Position numbers and translations under genes: made by a program. Positions 9,283-18,446 of a DNA stretch of 64,000 nucleotides are shown here, one piece after another. Under the pieces are notes generated by a model. The model was given only the letters and a program-made list of their open reading frames with translations, did no database searches and was not told the origin of the DNA. The stretch comes from an uncultured bacterium. Its GTDB lineage: Bacteria > Verrucomicrobiota > Kiritimatiellia > CAIKKV01 > CAITUY01. The DNA lies in assembly GCA_903908715.1 (NCBI GenBank), contig CAIVSY010000111.1:58655-122654 (forward strand), written 5' to 3'. How positions within the stretch are numbered: the stretch's first letter is position 1; each line of letters opens with the position of its first letter.

Positions 9283-10514
9283 TCTTCTCCTATAAAGCCA
9301 AGGAAAAGTCCGGACAAACGGTGACCGGATCCCTCGAGGCCAACGACCGGATCAGCGCCCTGAAACAACTCTCGAAACTGGGACTGACCCCCATCTCGAT
9401 CGCCGCCTCCGAGTCCGGCACCGCCACTCCCGCCACTCCCGTCGCACAATTCAGGCTCACCCTGCGCCGCAAACCGCGCATGCGCACCGGCGAAGTCCTG
9501 AATTTCTCAACCGAACTCAGCGACCTGCTCGCCTCGGGCATGACCCTCGGCCATGCCCTCACGACGCTGAGCAAACGCAGGACCGGCGGCCCCGCCGATG
9601 ACATCATCCGGGACCTGCGAGACCAGATCGTGCAGGGTACCAACCTCTCCGACGCCATGGCTCGCCATCCGGACAGCTTCGGATCCCTGTATGTCAGCAT
9701 GGTGCGCGTCGGCGAAGCCAGCGGCGCCCTATCGGAAATCATGCTGCGCCTCGTGGAACACTACGAGCGCCTCCAGGACCTGAAGGAGAAGGTCATCATG
9801 GCCCTGGTCTACCCGGCGATCGTCCTCGGCATGGGCTTCGTTACGATGATCTTCTCCATGGTCTATGTTATCCCGAAGTTCTCCGCCATCTTCGAGGAAC
9901 TCGGCAGCACCCTGCCGCTGCCAACCCGTATGCTGATTGCCATGAGCGGATTCCTCCTGCGCTACGGGTGGCTGCTCCTCGGCCTCGTGGTCGCCGTCGG
10001 CGTCCTGCTCTCTCGCGCGCTGAAAACACCGGCCGGCCGCCTGCGATGGCACCGCGCCCAGCTGCGAATCCCGTTCCTGCGCAGCATCATCGCCTCCAGC
10101 ACCTATGCCAATTTCGCACGGACCCTCAGCACCCTGCTGACCAATGGCGTCCCCGCCCTGCAGGCGCTGGGTATCGTGGAACAGACCATCGGCAACGTCA
10201 TCATCGCCGGCGAAATCCGCAAGGCAAGGGACCGCGTCACCGATGGAACCACCATCTCGGGCCCGCTGGCCGCCGGCGGCGTCTTCCCGCCCCTGATGAC
10301 GGATATGCTGGCGATCGGCGAACAAACCGGCGATATGCCGGGCGCCCTGAAGCATATCGCGCATCGCTACGAAACCGAGCTGAGCCGGAATGTGAAACTC
10401 TTCACCACCGCACTGGAGCCCATTCTCATCGTCCTGGTCGCCGTTCTCGTGGGTTTCATTGCCGTCAGCATCGTGATGGCAGTGTTCAACGTCACAAACG
10501 GCCTTGGAGTCTGA
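9279..10514 (+). CDS. gspF: Type II secretion system inner-membrane platform protein GspF
   Basis: 411 aa. TTG start overlapping the gspE TGA (TTGA). Conserved GspF/PilC N-terminus (F-Y-KAK…G…G) and two GspF repeats with three TM segments. Confidence 0.85.
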   Translation: MIFSYKAKEKSGQTVTGSLEANDRISALKQLSKLGLTPISIAASESGTATPATPVAQFRLTLRRKPRMRTGEVLNFSTELSDLLASGMTLGHALTTLSKRRTGGPADDIIRDLRDQIVQGTNLSDAMARHPDSFGSLYVSMVRVGEASGALSEIMLRLVEHYERLQDLKEKVIMALVYPAIVLGMGFVTMIFSMVYVIPKFSAIFEELGSTLPLPTRMLIAMSGFLLRYGWLLLGLVVAVGVLLSRALKTPAGRLRWHRAQLRIPFLRSIIASSTYANFARTLSTLLTNGVPALQALGIVEQTIGNVIIAGEIRKARDRVTDGTTISGPLAAGGVFPPLMTDMLAIGEQTGDMPGALKHIAHRYETELSRNVKLFTTALEPILIVLVAVLVGFIAVSIVMAVFNVTNGLGV

Positions 10515-10529
10515 CGCCGAACCAGCGCC

Positions 10530-11381
10530 ATGAAATACGGGGCTCACATCTTCCTCTGGACCGAATGCTGGAACAACCGCGAACTCGGCCTGCTGGCCCG
10601 GGCGCGCCGGCTGGGGCTGGACACCCTCGAGATCGCCGTCGGAGACGATGTGGAGTTCGACAGCCGCGCCATCCGCAGGGAAGCGGAACAGCAGGGAATG
10701 GAGATCGTGACCAGCCCCGGCGGCCACTGGCCGATGCAGGCGGATGTCTCGCACCCGGATCCGTCCTGCAGGGACAATGCCCTGCAATGGCACAGGCAGT
10801 GGATCGAAAAAAGCGCCGAAGCCGGCGCCACAGCCTACACCGGCGCACTCTATTCGCACCCGGGCCACATCGAACGACGGAAACCCGATCCCGGGGAATT
10901 CCACCGTTCGGCCGGAAACCTGCACGCCCTTGCGGAATATGGACGGGAATGCGGCATCGCCATTGTCCTGGAACCGATGAGCCATTTCCGGGTCAGCCTC
11001 GTCAATACACCGGATCAGGTCATGCGCCTCATCGAAGCCGCCGACCACCCGAACCTGAAGGTCCTCCTGGACACCTACCACATGGTCACCGAAATCCGGG
11101 ATTTCCCGGCCGCCATACACAAGATGGCACCGCACCTCTGGGGCCTTCATGCCTGCGAGAATGACCGCGGCTGCCCGGGTGGCGGACTCATCCCGTGGCC
11201 GGCCATTACGCAAGCCCTCAAGGCTACCGGTTTCCACGGACACATCCTGATGGAAACCTATAACTCATCTCTCCGCAACGGCGAATTCGCCTGTTCCCGG
11301 GGGATGTTCCATAATGTCTGCCCCGATGGGGACGCTTTCGCCAAGTCAGGCATTGCCTTCCTGCGCGGCCTGATTGAGTAG
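10530..11381 (+). CDS. Sugar phosphate isomerase/epimerase (xylose isomerase-like TIM barrel)
   Basis: 283 aa. AP-endonuclease-2/xylose-isomerase-like TIM-barrel pattern (LGLDTLEI, VLEPMS, metal-ligand H/E/D spacing). Only 15 nt downstream of gspF. Confidence 0.65.
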   Translation: MKYGAHIFLWTECWNNRELGLLARARRLGLDTLEIAVGDDVEFDSRAIRREAEQQGMEIVTSPGGHWPMQADVSHPDPSCRDNALQWHRQWIEKSAEAGATAYTGALYSHPGHIERRKPDPGEFHRSAGNLHALAEYGRECGIAIVLEPMSHFRVSLVNTPDQVMRLIEAADHPNLKVLLDTYHMVTEIRDFPAAIHKMAPHLWGLHACENDRGCPGGGLIPWPAITQALKATGFHGHILMETYNSSLRNGEFACSRGMFHNVCPDGDAFAKSGIAFLRGLIE

Positions 11382-11545
11382 AAATTCCACTGCCATCCAG
11401 AAACGGCAAAATCTTTTCCCCGAATCTTGACTTTTTCCATCAATTTCTTCAACCTGCACCTCTTGAACCACTTCCGGCGAATGGAAAAGGAGAACATCTT
11501 CTGGAGAAATACCATTGCCGACAATGGCTCTTTCTGGATTCTAGA

Positions 11546-13543
11546 ATGAAGACAACAACCCTGATTCGAAAGCAAAAAATGGCAAAGAAAACCCGTGTAT
11601 CGAGCGTCAAAGGAAAACCAGATTTTTCAGCCAAGGCAAAGAAACTGCTCAACGGACGGCTGTTGAGTATCGGCATCCCCCAGGGGCAGGCCGTCCGCTT
11701 TTACCCCAAGGAATACGAGAAGATCCTTGCCTTTGCCGCAAAGTACGGAGCCACCGGTGTCGGCATCAGCATCCCGTACGAATACACATGGTTCCTTCCG
11801 GACAATACGGACCCGTATGCCTGCTGGTGCAACAATTTCACCCTGTTCCGCATCTTCCCGCCGAAAGCCCTTCAGCGCTGGATCCCGGTGAAGGAATCCC
11901 GGCGCCTGCAGGGACTGCTGCGCACCCAGCTCCAGATCGCCCGCAAGTACGGAATCACCCGGGCCTCCACCGGCGGCGCTGAACCGCTCTGGCTGCCGGA
12001 AGGGGTTTACGAGGCGCATCCGAACTGGCGCGGGGCCCAGCTCGAACTCGGCCGTATCGCCAAACGCCCCTATTTCGCGCCGGCAATCGATGATCCCGAA
12101 GTGCTGCAGCTCTACCATGACGCCATGCATGAACTGTCCACGAAATTCCCGGAGATTGAACATTTCGAGTGGCTGGCCAACGACTCCGGCAGCGGCATTC
12201 CCTGGGCGTCCAACCTCTACCCGGGCATGAATGGTCCGATCCGCCACCGCCACAATGACGGCGGCGCACGGCTGACCAACTGGCTCAAGGCCATGCAGGA
12301 TGGCTCGGCCAAGGCCGGCGCGAAGGTCCGGATCCATTGCTGGTTCCACGGAATGACCCCGGAATTCCATGCGTCCGCTGTTTCGAAACTGCGTTCCGGC
12401 CTCTTCGTGCGCTGGACCGGAGTGCCCGGCGAAAATATCGGCGGACCGGGAGCCGGATTCCCCGGCGGCATCTGGAGCACCTGTTATCCCGTGGTGGGCC
12501 TCGGTCACGGCGCCAGTTTCATCGGCGGCCTGCAGTCGATCTACAACAACCCGAACGGGGACAATGCACGTTGCGGCCTGGGCGTGGACATCCACCACCT
12601 GCCGCTGGCCCAACTGCTGATCGATACGTTCCTCGAAAACCCGGGCACAGGCATGATGCACCGCCTGGCAACCTCCCTCAAGGCGGCCAAGCGGATCACA
12701 GGCTCGGACAGCGGCGCCGAAACACTCCTGTCTGTCTGGGATGGCGTTTCGACTGCCGAAACCATCCTCCAGAAGGTGCAGCAAAAGGGATTCGGTCTGA
12801 TCATGCCCTTCTGCGGCGTCAGTATGCGCTGGTTCACCCGTCCGCTGGTTCCCCAGCCGGAGAAGCTGACGGTTGCGGAAAAGGCGCACTACCGCAAGCA
12901 CCTCCTGACCGTCGATTCGGAAGAGGACCTGGCCGACTACTGCCGCATCCTCGGGAAGCCGGTGTTCCACGGAGAAGGCGCCATGTGGATGGCTCGCTGG
13001 TCGCTGAATGATGTCGCCAACCGCTTCGGCGGCCTGGCCGGCACCGTGCAATCCCTTGCCAAGAATGCCCCGGATGCCGAATGGGCCGAGTGGCTTTCGC
13101 TCTACAGCCTGCGTCTGGCCGCCGCCGGATGCCTGGCCCGCACGGCCCGCAACGTCATCATGTACCAGTACGCGCTGGACACCGCGCGCCAGCCCCAGTT
13201 CGGACCAAACCCGATGGACTACGACGACAACATCATGTACGACCAGCGCGCGATCGTTATGCGCAAGATCGCCCGCGAAGAGGCCGACAACGTGATGGAA
13301 CTCATCGGCATCCTCGAGGAGGCCAGGGGACGCGGCATGATCCTTGACCAGGCTACGAAACCGGAAGAGGAAAGCGTGTTCCTCCTCGGCCCGAACCTGA
13401 TCGGCGACCTGAAGAAGAAACTGAAAATCATGATGGCGCACTGGCAGGAATACGAGACTCTCTATCCGGCCACCAAGGTCTACGACTTCGAGCCGGATCC
13501 GAAGGGCAATATCCTCCCGCCGCCCGCGCCGGCAGGCAAATAG
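11546..13543 (+). CDS. Hypothetical protein (665 aa, no recognisable family)
   Basis: Long ORF with natural (non-shadow) composition and a Lys-rich N-terminus without signal peptide. Preceded by a 164-nt lower-GC intergenic region. The antisense 604-aa ORF is a compositional shadow. Confidence 0.5.
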   Translation: MKTTTLIRKQKMAKKTRVSSVKGKPDFSAKAKKLLNGRLLSIGIPQGQAVRFYPKEYEKILAFAAKYGATGVGISIPYEYTWFLPDNTDPYACWCNNFTLFRIFPPKALQRWIPVKESRRLQGLLRTQLQIARKYGITRASTGGAEPLWLPEGVYEAHPNWRGAQLELGRIAKRPYFAPAIDDPEVLQLYHDAMHELSTKFPEIEHFEWLANDSGSGIPWASNLYPGMNGPIRHRHNDGGARLTNWLKAMQDGSAKAGAKVRIHCWFHGMTPEFHASAVSKLRSGLFVRWTGVPGENIGGPGAGFPGGIWSTCYPVVGLGHGASFIGGLQSIYNNPNGDNARCGLGVDIHHLPLAQLLIDTFLENPGTGMMHRLATSLKAAKRITGSDSGAETLLSVWDGVSTAETILQKVQQKGFGLIMPFCGVSMRWFTRPLVPQPEKLTVAEKAHYRKHLLTVDSEEDLADYCRILGKPVFHGEGAMWMARWSLNDVANRFGGLAGTVQSLAKNAPDAEWAEWLSLYSLRLAAAGCLARTARNVIMYQYALDTARQPQFGPNPMDYDDNIMYDQRAIVMRKIAREEADNVMELIGILEEARGRGMILDQATKPEEESVFLLGPNLIGDLKKKLKIMMAHWQEYETLYPATKVYDFEPDPKGNILPPPAPAGK

Positions 13544-13575
13544 TCGCGGCCTTCCCGTGCTGGAAAGAAGTCCAC

Positions 13576-13618
13576 GCCGGGAGATTCATGGGCAATCATG
13601 CGTCTCCCGGCTTTTTTT
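13576..13618 (+). terminator. Rho-independent terminator after the 665-aa ORF
   Basis: GCCGGGAGA…TCTCCCGGC, a 9-bp perfect stem followed by TTTTTTT. Confidence 0.6.
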
Positions 13619-13650
13619 GCCTGCCTTTGGCCTCCGGTCCGCTCTAGACT

Positions 13651-15177
13651 TTGATCACGGGAATACCGTATCCTCGCGGAATCATGACCGCGACAGTCCA
13701 GGACTTCGGACCCGAATTCACCGATTATCTGCGCGATGAATCCCGGCGCACAGGTCGTGCCGCGGCCATTGCCCTGCCAAGGAATGAAGACGAGGTGCGG
13801 CACGCCCTCCAGGTAGCCCGCCAGCGGGGTTGGACCGTCACGCCACAGGGCGCCCGTACCGGCATCGCCGCAGGCGCGGTACCGGAAGGCGGACTGATCC
13901 TCAACCTGAGCCACATGAACCACATGGGTCCGGTGCAACCGGGCGAGCGTATCACCGTGGAACCCGGTGTCGTGCTCTCCGAATTGCAGACGGCACTCGC
14001 CGGCCGAAATCTCTTCTTCCCGCCGGATCCCACCGAACGTTCAGCCTCCATTGGGGGCATGCTTTCGTGCAACGCTTCCGGCGCGCTCTCGTATCATTAT
14101 GGCCCGACCCGCAACTGGGTCCGGTCGGCCCGGATCATGCTGGCGGATGGCGATACCCTCCATCTTGAGCGGGGAATGAAAGCCAGGGCCCGCCATGTGG
14201 ACTTGGTTACCGGCGCCGGCCGGCGGATCCGAACGGAACTCCCGCTCCTGGACATGCCATCCGTGAAAAGTGCCGCCGGCTACCACGTGCGACCGGACAT
14301 GGATCTCCTCGACCTCTTCATCGGCATGGAAGGCACACTCGGCATCATTACCGCCGCCGAGCTCCAACTTCTGCCGCAACCGCATTGCCGGAACGCCCTG
14401 ACCGCCTTTTTCCCGAATGAGCCCGCGGCTCTTCAGTGCGTCCATTTTCTGCGCGGCGAAACCGGGATCCGGCTCCCGTCCCCTCCCGCCGCCATCGAGT
14501 TCTTCGACGCCCACGCCCTGAACCTGCTCCGGCAGGCCAAGGCTGGGAATCCCGCCTTCGCCAAACTGCCGGCGTTGGACAGCCGTTTCCATACCGCCCT
14601 GTACGTGGAATTCCACAGCGAGGATCCCGCGCCCGTCGAGGAATCGATCCTGCTGACCGCGGAACACCTGCAGACCGCAGGTGTCGGCGAGAACGACACC
14701 TGGTTCGCCGGCAGCGCCCGTGAAATCGAGACCATGAAGGACTTCCGCCATGCCACCCCTGAAGCGGTCAACCTGCTGATCGACCAGCGCAGGAAACAAC
14801 ACCCCACCCTGACCAAGCTGGGCACCGATATGTCGGTTCCCGATCCTGCGCTGGAAAGAGTCATGGCCCTCTACCATCAGGGCCTCGCCGGCGCGGGACT
14901 CGAATACGTCATCTTCGGTCACATCGGAAACAACCACGTGCACGTGAACATCCTGCCCCGCGATATGGATGACTTCCAGCGCGGCAAGGCCCTTTACCAG
15001 GAATGGGCCCGCGCCGTCGTGGCCCTGGGAGGTTCCGTCTCCGCCGAACACGGCATCGGGAAAATCAAGACGCCTCTCCTCCTCCAGATGTTCGGCGAAA
15101 GCGGCATCGCCGCCATGAAACACATCAAGCAGGTTTTCGATCCGGAAGGCCGCATGAACCCCGGCACCCTGTTCTAG
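13651..15177 (+). CDS. FAD-linked oxidase (GlcD/D-lactate dehydrogenase family)
   Basis: About 500 aa. FAD-binding PCMH domain (GARTG…GG) and a C-terminal FAD-oxidase domain (HIGNNHVHVNI, GGSVSAEHGIG). The true start may be ATG 13684. Confidence 0.75.
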   Translation: MITGIPYPRGIMTATVQDFGPEFTDYLRDESRRTGRAAAIALPRNEDEVRHALQVARQRGWTVTPQGARTGIAAGAVPEGGLILNLSHMNHMGPVQPGERITVEPGVVLSELQTALAGRNLFFPPDPTERSASIGGMLSCNASGALSYHYGPTRNWVRSARIMLADGDTLHLERGMKARARHVDLVTGAGRRIRTELPLLDMPSVKSAAGYHVRPDMDLLDLFIGMEGTLGIITAAELQLLPQPHCRNALTAFFPNEPAALQCVHFLRGETGIRLPSPPAAIEFFDAHALNLLRQAKAGNPAFAKLPALDSRFHTALYVEFHSEDPAPVEESILLTAEHLQTAGVGENDTWFAGSAREIETMKDFRHATPEAVNLLIDQRRKQHPTLTKLGTDMSVPDPALERVMALYHQGLAGAGLEYVIFGHIGNNHVHVNILPRDMDDFQRGKALYQEWARAVVALGGSVSAEHGIGKIKTPLLLQMFGESGIAAMKHIKQVFDPEGRMNPGTLF

Positions 15178-15270
15178 GAGCCCCCCATCGGAGACGTCAA
15201 AGAGGTCTTCCGCCGTCACAGCCGCTCTGCATGGAATAGCTGTTGTGACACCCCCCTCAAAATGATATAA

Positions 15271-15290
15271 CGAATTCGTAACGAATGACA
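15271..15290 (+). promoter_or_regulatory. 10-bp palindrome ACGAATTCGT plus AACGAAT direct repeat upstream of gspG
   Basis: Perfect palindrome immediately followed by a repeat of AACGAAT, about 20 nt upstream of the gspG start. Candidate operator. Confidence 0.3.
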
Positions 15291-15305
15291 ACCTATGGAG
15301 AACGT

Positions 15306-15728
15306 ATGAACAAGATCCAGCGAATCCTTCTCCTTGAACCCGCATCGGAAAACCGCAAGGCCGGCTTCACCCTCGTGGAAATCCTGCTTGTGGTCGCCAT
15401 ACTCGGGATTCTCTCGGGCGTGGCGGTCATCAGCCTGAAGGGCCGCACGAAATCAGCCAGCATTTCGGCCACCCGAACAAGCATCAAGGCAATCCAGACC
15501 GCCATCGACACCTACGAGGTCGACAACGGCGCCTATCCCGCCTCTCTGCAGGGCCTGCTGACCAAGACCAGCGAAAACAACTGGAACGGCCCCTACCTCA
15601 AGGATGGCCGCACCCCGAAGGATGCATGGGGCACCGAATTCGGCTACAGCCTGAAGGGCGACTCCTACGAAATCCGGTCGGCAGGACCCGACACCCAGAT
15701 GGGTTCGTCCGATGACATCACCAACTGA
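15306..15728 (+). CDS. gspG: Type II secretion major pseudopilin GspG
   Basis: Start set to the internal ATG (MNKIQ). Prepilin leader plus GFTLVEILLVVAILGIL N-methylation/cleavage motif, and a GspG core (NNWNGPYL). Confidence 0.85.
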   Translation: MNKIQRILLLEPASENRKAGFTLVEILLVVAILGILSGVAVISLKGRTKSASISATRTSIKAIQTAIDTYEVDNGAYPASLQGLLTKTSENNWNGPYLKDGRTPKDAWGTEFGYSLKGDSYEIRSAGPDTQMGSSDDITN

Positions 15729-16308
15729 CGGCCGCGCGAGGCGCCTCCCCGCCCGCTTCGCCTTTACCCTCGTGGAGGTCCTGCTGGTGCTGGCCATCCT
15801 CGGCATCACCACCGTCGTGACCATGCCGTACCTTGTCAAGTCCATCCGCGGCAATCGCCTGCGCGTAGCCGCCAACAGCGTCGTACGCGCAGGACGCTAC
15901 GCCCGGAGCATGGCCATTCTGGGAAATCGCGAAATGGTCCTCTCGTTCGACACCGCTAAAGCGACCCTTCAGGTGGCTCCCTACCGTTCCCCGCAGGCCG
16001 CACAGCCGGATGCACGGGCAACCTCACCGCAACCCCCCACACCCTCCACTGATCCCGTATCTCCCCAGGACGGCGCCTCGTCCGCCGCCCCCCCCATCAC
16101 CATTACGCGCGAACTCGACGGAGTACGGATCGAATCCGTACAGATTGCAAACCGCTCCGGCGCCTCCGGCGGAATCGTGGCAGTCCTCTACCGCAGCAAC
16201 GGCCGCTGCACGCCTTATGAGGTCAGACTCGTGGATGAGCGCGACGCCGCCATACGGATCACCGTCGATGCGCTCTCCTCCGCCTCCGCCACAAGGGAGG
16301 ATCGCTGA
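15712..16308 (+). CDS. gspH: Minor pseudopilin, GspH-like
   Basis: Prepilin-type N-terminus FAFTLVEVLLVLAILGI. 198 aa. Overlaps gspG by 17 nt. Confidence 0.6.
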   Translation: MTSPTDGRARRLPARFAFTLVEVLLVLAILGITTVVTMPYLVKSIRGNRLRVAANSVVRAGRYARSMAILGNREMVLSFDTAKATLQVAPYRSPQAAQPDARATSPQPPTPSTDPVSPQDGASSAAPPITITRELDGVRIESVQIANRSGASGGIVAVLYRSNGRCTPYEVRLVDERDAAIRITVDALSSASATREDR

Positions 16309-16311
16309 ACC

Positions 16312-16737
16312 ATGAGATCCGCCAGGCACGACAGGAACCGCACGGGACTGACCCTCGTGGAAGTCCTGATGGCCCTGGCCATCCTGGGCATCTCCGCCGC
16401 GGTCCTGATGACGGCCACTTCCCGCTGCCTGAGCGTGGTTCGTGTCGCCAACAACTACTATGAGGCCCGCCGCATCCTGGAACTGGCCGAGATCGAATAT
16501 CCTGTCCTCGTCTTCAAGGAGGACTCAGGACCCGCAGCCAAGGAAAAAATCCTGAATTCAAACGTCGGCCCCATCGAATATCCCGGAGGACTGGTTTTCA
16601 ACCGCGCCTGCACCCGTTCGGAAAACAACCAGGACCTGGTCGAGGTGAAAACCCGCGTCACCTGGTCGGCACGCGGCCGGTCAGGTTTCGAGGAAGTCTC
16701 CTCCTACCTCTATTTCACCAATGAAATCTCGTTGTAA
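16312..16737 (+). CDS. gspI: Minor pseudopilin, GspI-like
   Basis: GLTLVEVLMALAILGI prepilin motif. 141 aa. Confidence 0.6.
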   Translation: MRSARHDRNRTGLTLVEVLMALAILGISAAVLMTATSRCLSVVRVANNYYEARRILELAEIEYPVLVFKEDSGPAAKEKILNSNVGPIEYPGGLVFNRACTRSENNQDLVEVKTRVTWSARGRSGFEEVSSYLYFTNEISL

Positions 16738-17431
16738 CAACATCAGGCCAGGATCCGCGGCAGGCTTTACCCTGCTGGAACTCCTCGTCGGCATCGCCAT
16801 CTTCGTGCTGGTCGGATCGGTCACGTTCACCCTGATGGCGGCCGTGAGCAAGGCCTGGCAGCGCGGCACGGCCCTGTGCGAGAACCTCCATGCCGGCGAC
16901 TACGTCATGGACCAGATCGTGGATGGCCTGCTTGCCGCACGCTATCGCGACAACAACGACGGATTCCTGCTGGAGGACCGGGGGGACGGCAGCGGCGCAA
17001 TGGACTCCATCTCCTGGGTCAAGGAAGGCACCGCCCTCGTCGGCGAGGACTCCAAGATCGCCAGCACCTATCACCACATCCGCTTCTTTGTCGGGCGCGA
17101 CGAGGAAGGCACGTCCGGCGCCGCCTTCACAGTCTGGGGGGATGATTATCTCCAGCCCGACAACTTCGAACCCGAAGCCCTCCCGGCCGAGGTCCTCAGC
17201 GACCGCGTCGTCGGCTTTAACTGCCGCGTGGCCACCAACAATTTCGAAATGAACCGCCTCCAGTGGATGAACTCCTGGGACGAGGATATCGGCCAGGGGG
17301 ACAACATGACCAACCATATCCCGCGCTTTGTCGAGATCACGCTCTACCTGAAACCCCTGGCCGAAGGGGAACCGCCTGTCGAAATGCGACGCATGGCGGA
17401 CATCCCCGTGGCCAACAAGGGAATGAAATGA
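16721..17431 (+). CDS. gspJ: Minor pseudopilin, GspJ-like
   Basis: GFTLLELLVGIAIFVL prepilin motif. 236 aa. Overlaps gspI by 17 nt. Confidence 0.55.
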   Translation: MKSRCNNIRPGSAAGFTLLELLVGIAIFVLVGSVTFTLMAAVSKAWQRGTALCENLHAGDYVMDQIVDGLLAARYRDNNDGFLLEDRGDGSGAMDSISWVKEGTALVGEDSKIASTYHHIRFFVGRDEEGTSGAAFTVWGDDYLQPDNFEPEALPAEVLSDRVVGFNCRVATNNFEMNRLQWMNSWDEDIGQGDNMTNHIPRFVEITLYLKPLAEGEPPVEMRRMADIPVANKGMK

Positions 17432-18441
17432 AACGCAGCGGGTCAGCCCTCATCATCGTACTCTGGGTCATCGCCCTGCTGTCCGTCCTGATTGGCGGAT
17501 TCGCCTACGATATGCATCTGGAATCTCGCGTGGTTTCCTACCAGCGCAAGAAACTGAAGGCCATCTACCTGGCCAAAGGAGGAGTCGAACTCGCCCGCGC
17601 CCTGCTCGCCCGCAGCGCCCAGATCCAAGGCGCCACCGACCCCGACACCCTCAAGGCGGAACCCTGGTACCTGAACGCCAAACGCCTCCGCCAGGGGTAC
17701 GCCGTGGTCGGATTAACCGATTCACTCGGCGAAGGCACCATTATCGTGGATATCGCGCCCGAACCCGCCCTGCGCAATGTGAACACACTCAAGGACGACG
17801 ACTGGGAGCGCATCCTCGAGGTCGGCGGCGTACCGGAGGAAATGTGGAGCGAACTGGTCGACAGCTTCAACGACTGGCGCGACGCCGACGACCAGCCCAA
17901 CCTCGACGGCGCGGAAACCGATGACTACTACGCCCGCCTCGACCCCCCCTATAAGGCTCGCGGTCGCAAAGGCAAGTCCGCCTCCCTTGACACAGTCGAT
18001 GAACTTCTGCTCATCAAGGGTTTCTCCCGCACCATCCTCTACGGAGGCCCCCTGACCGAGGACGACACCAACAGCGTGGCCATTCCGGGCATCGCTGACC
18101 TGCTAACCGCGCTGAAGGATTCCGGCGAACAGGTCAATGTGAATGCCGCAGGCAAACGGGTTCTCATGACCCTGCCCGGCATTGACGATACCCTGGCCGA
18201 CGCCATTATCGACGCGCGGGAAGGGTTGACAGCCGGCACAAAAATGGGCGATGATTATTTTTTCAAGGATGCGAATGACTTTTTCGGGCGGATTCCCGAC
18301 CTGGGGGGAATCCCTCCGGACGATCAACAGCGGTTGAGATCCCTGGTGGGAACGGTGTCTTCCGTCTACCGTATCACCTCGATCGGTCGGGTTCATGGCG
18401 TGGAATACAAAATTGTTTCTGTGGTAACGGCTCAGCGATAA
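17428..18441 (+). CDS. gspK: Minor pseudopilin GspK
   Basis: ATG overlaps the gspJ stop (ATGA). GSALIIVLWVIALLSVL N-terminus. About 337 aa, typical GspK size. Confidence 0.65.
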   Translation: MKRSGSALIIVLWVIALLSVLIGGFAYDMHLESRVVSYQRKKLKAIYLAKGGVELARALLARSAQIQGATDPDTLKAEPWYLNAKRLRQGYAVVGLTDSLGEGTIIVDIAPEPALRNVNTLKDDDWERILEVGGVPEEMWSELVDSFNDWRDADDQPNLDGAETDDYYARLDPPYKARGRKGKSASLDTVDELLLIKGFSRTILYGGPLTEDDTNSVAIPGIADLLTALKDSGEQVNVNAAGKRVLMTLPGIDDTLADAIIDAREGLTAGTKMGDDYFFKDANDFFGRIPDLGGIPPDDQQRLRSLVGTVSSVYRITSIGRVHGVEYKIVSVVTAQR

Positions 18442-18446
18442 AACCT

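Noticed and set aside
11627-13441. 604-aa minus-strand ORF antisense to the 665-aa hypothetical gene. Similar long antisense ORFs occur at 9729-11243, 14041-15345, 18432-19838, 20976-21935, 32803-34596, 48252-49490, 52566-53870, 54457-55692, 56705-58804, 58838-61165 and 61828-63249.
   Set aside because: Composition is dominated by Arg, Ala, Gly, Val, His and Asp with no recognisable motifs. This is typical of shadow ORFs on the antisense strand of GC-rich genes. The opposite-strand genes have clear homology or natural composition.
15241-15360. Apparent 1-nt inconsistency between my by-eye indexing of the printed sequence and the ORF-track frame around the gspG start
   Set aside because: The track frame reproduces the protein and the verified stop at 15728. 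I treat this as my reading error, not a frameshift or pseudogene, and I followed the track coordinates.
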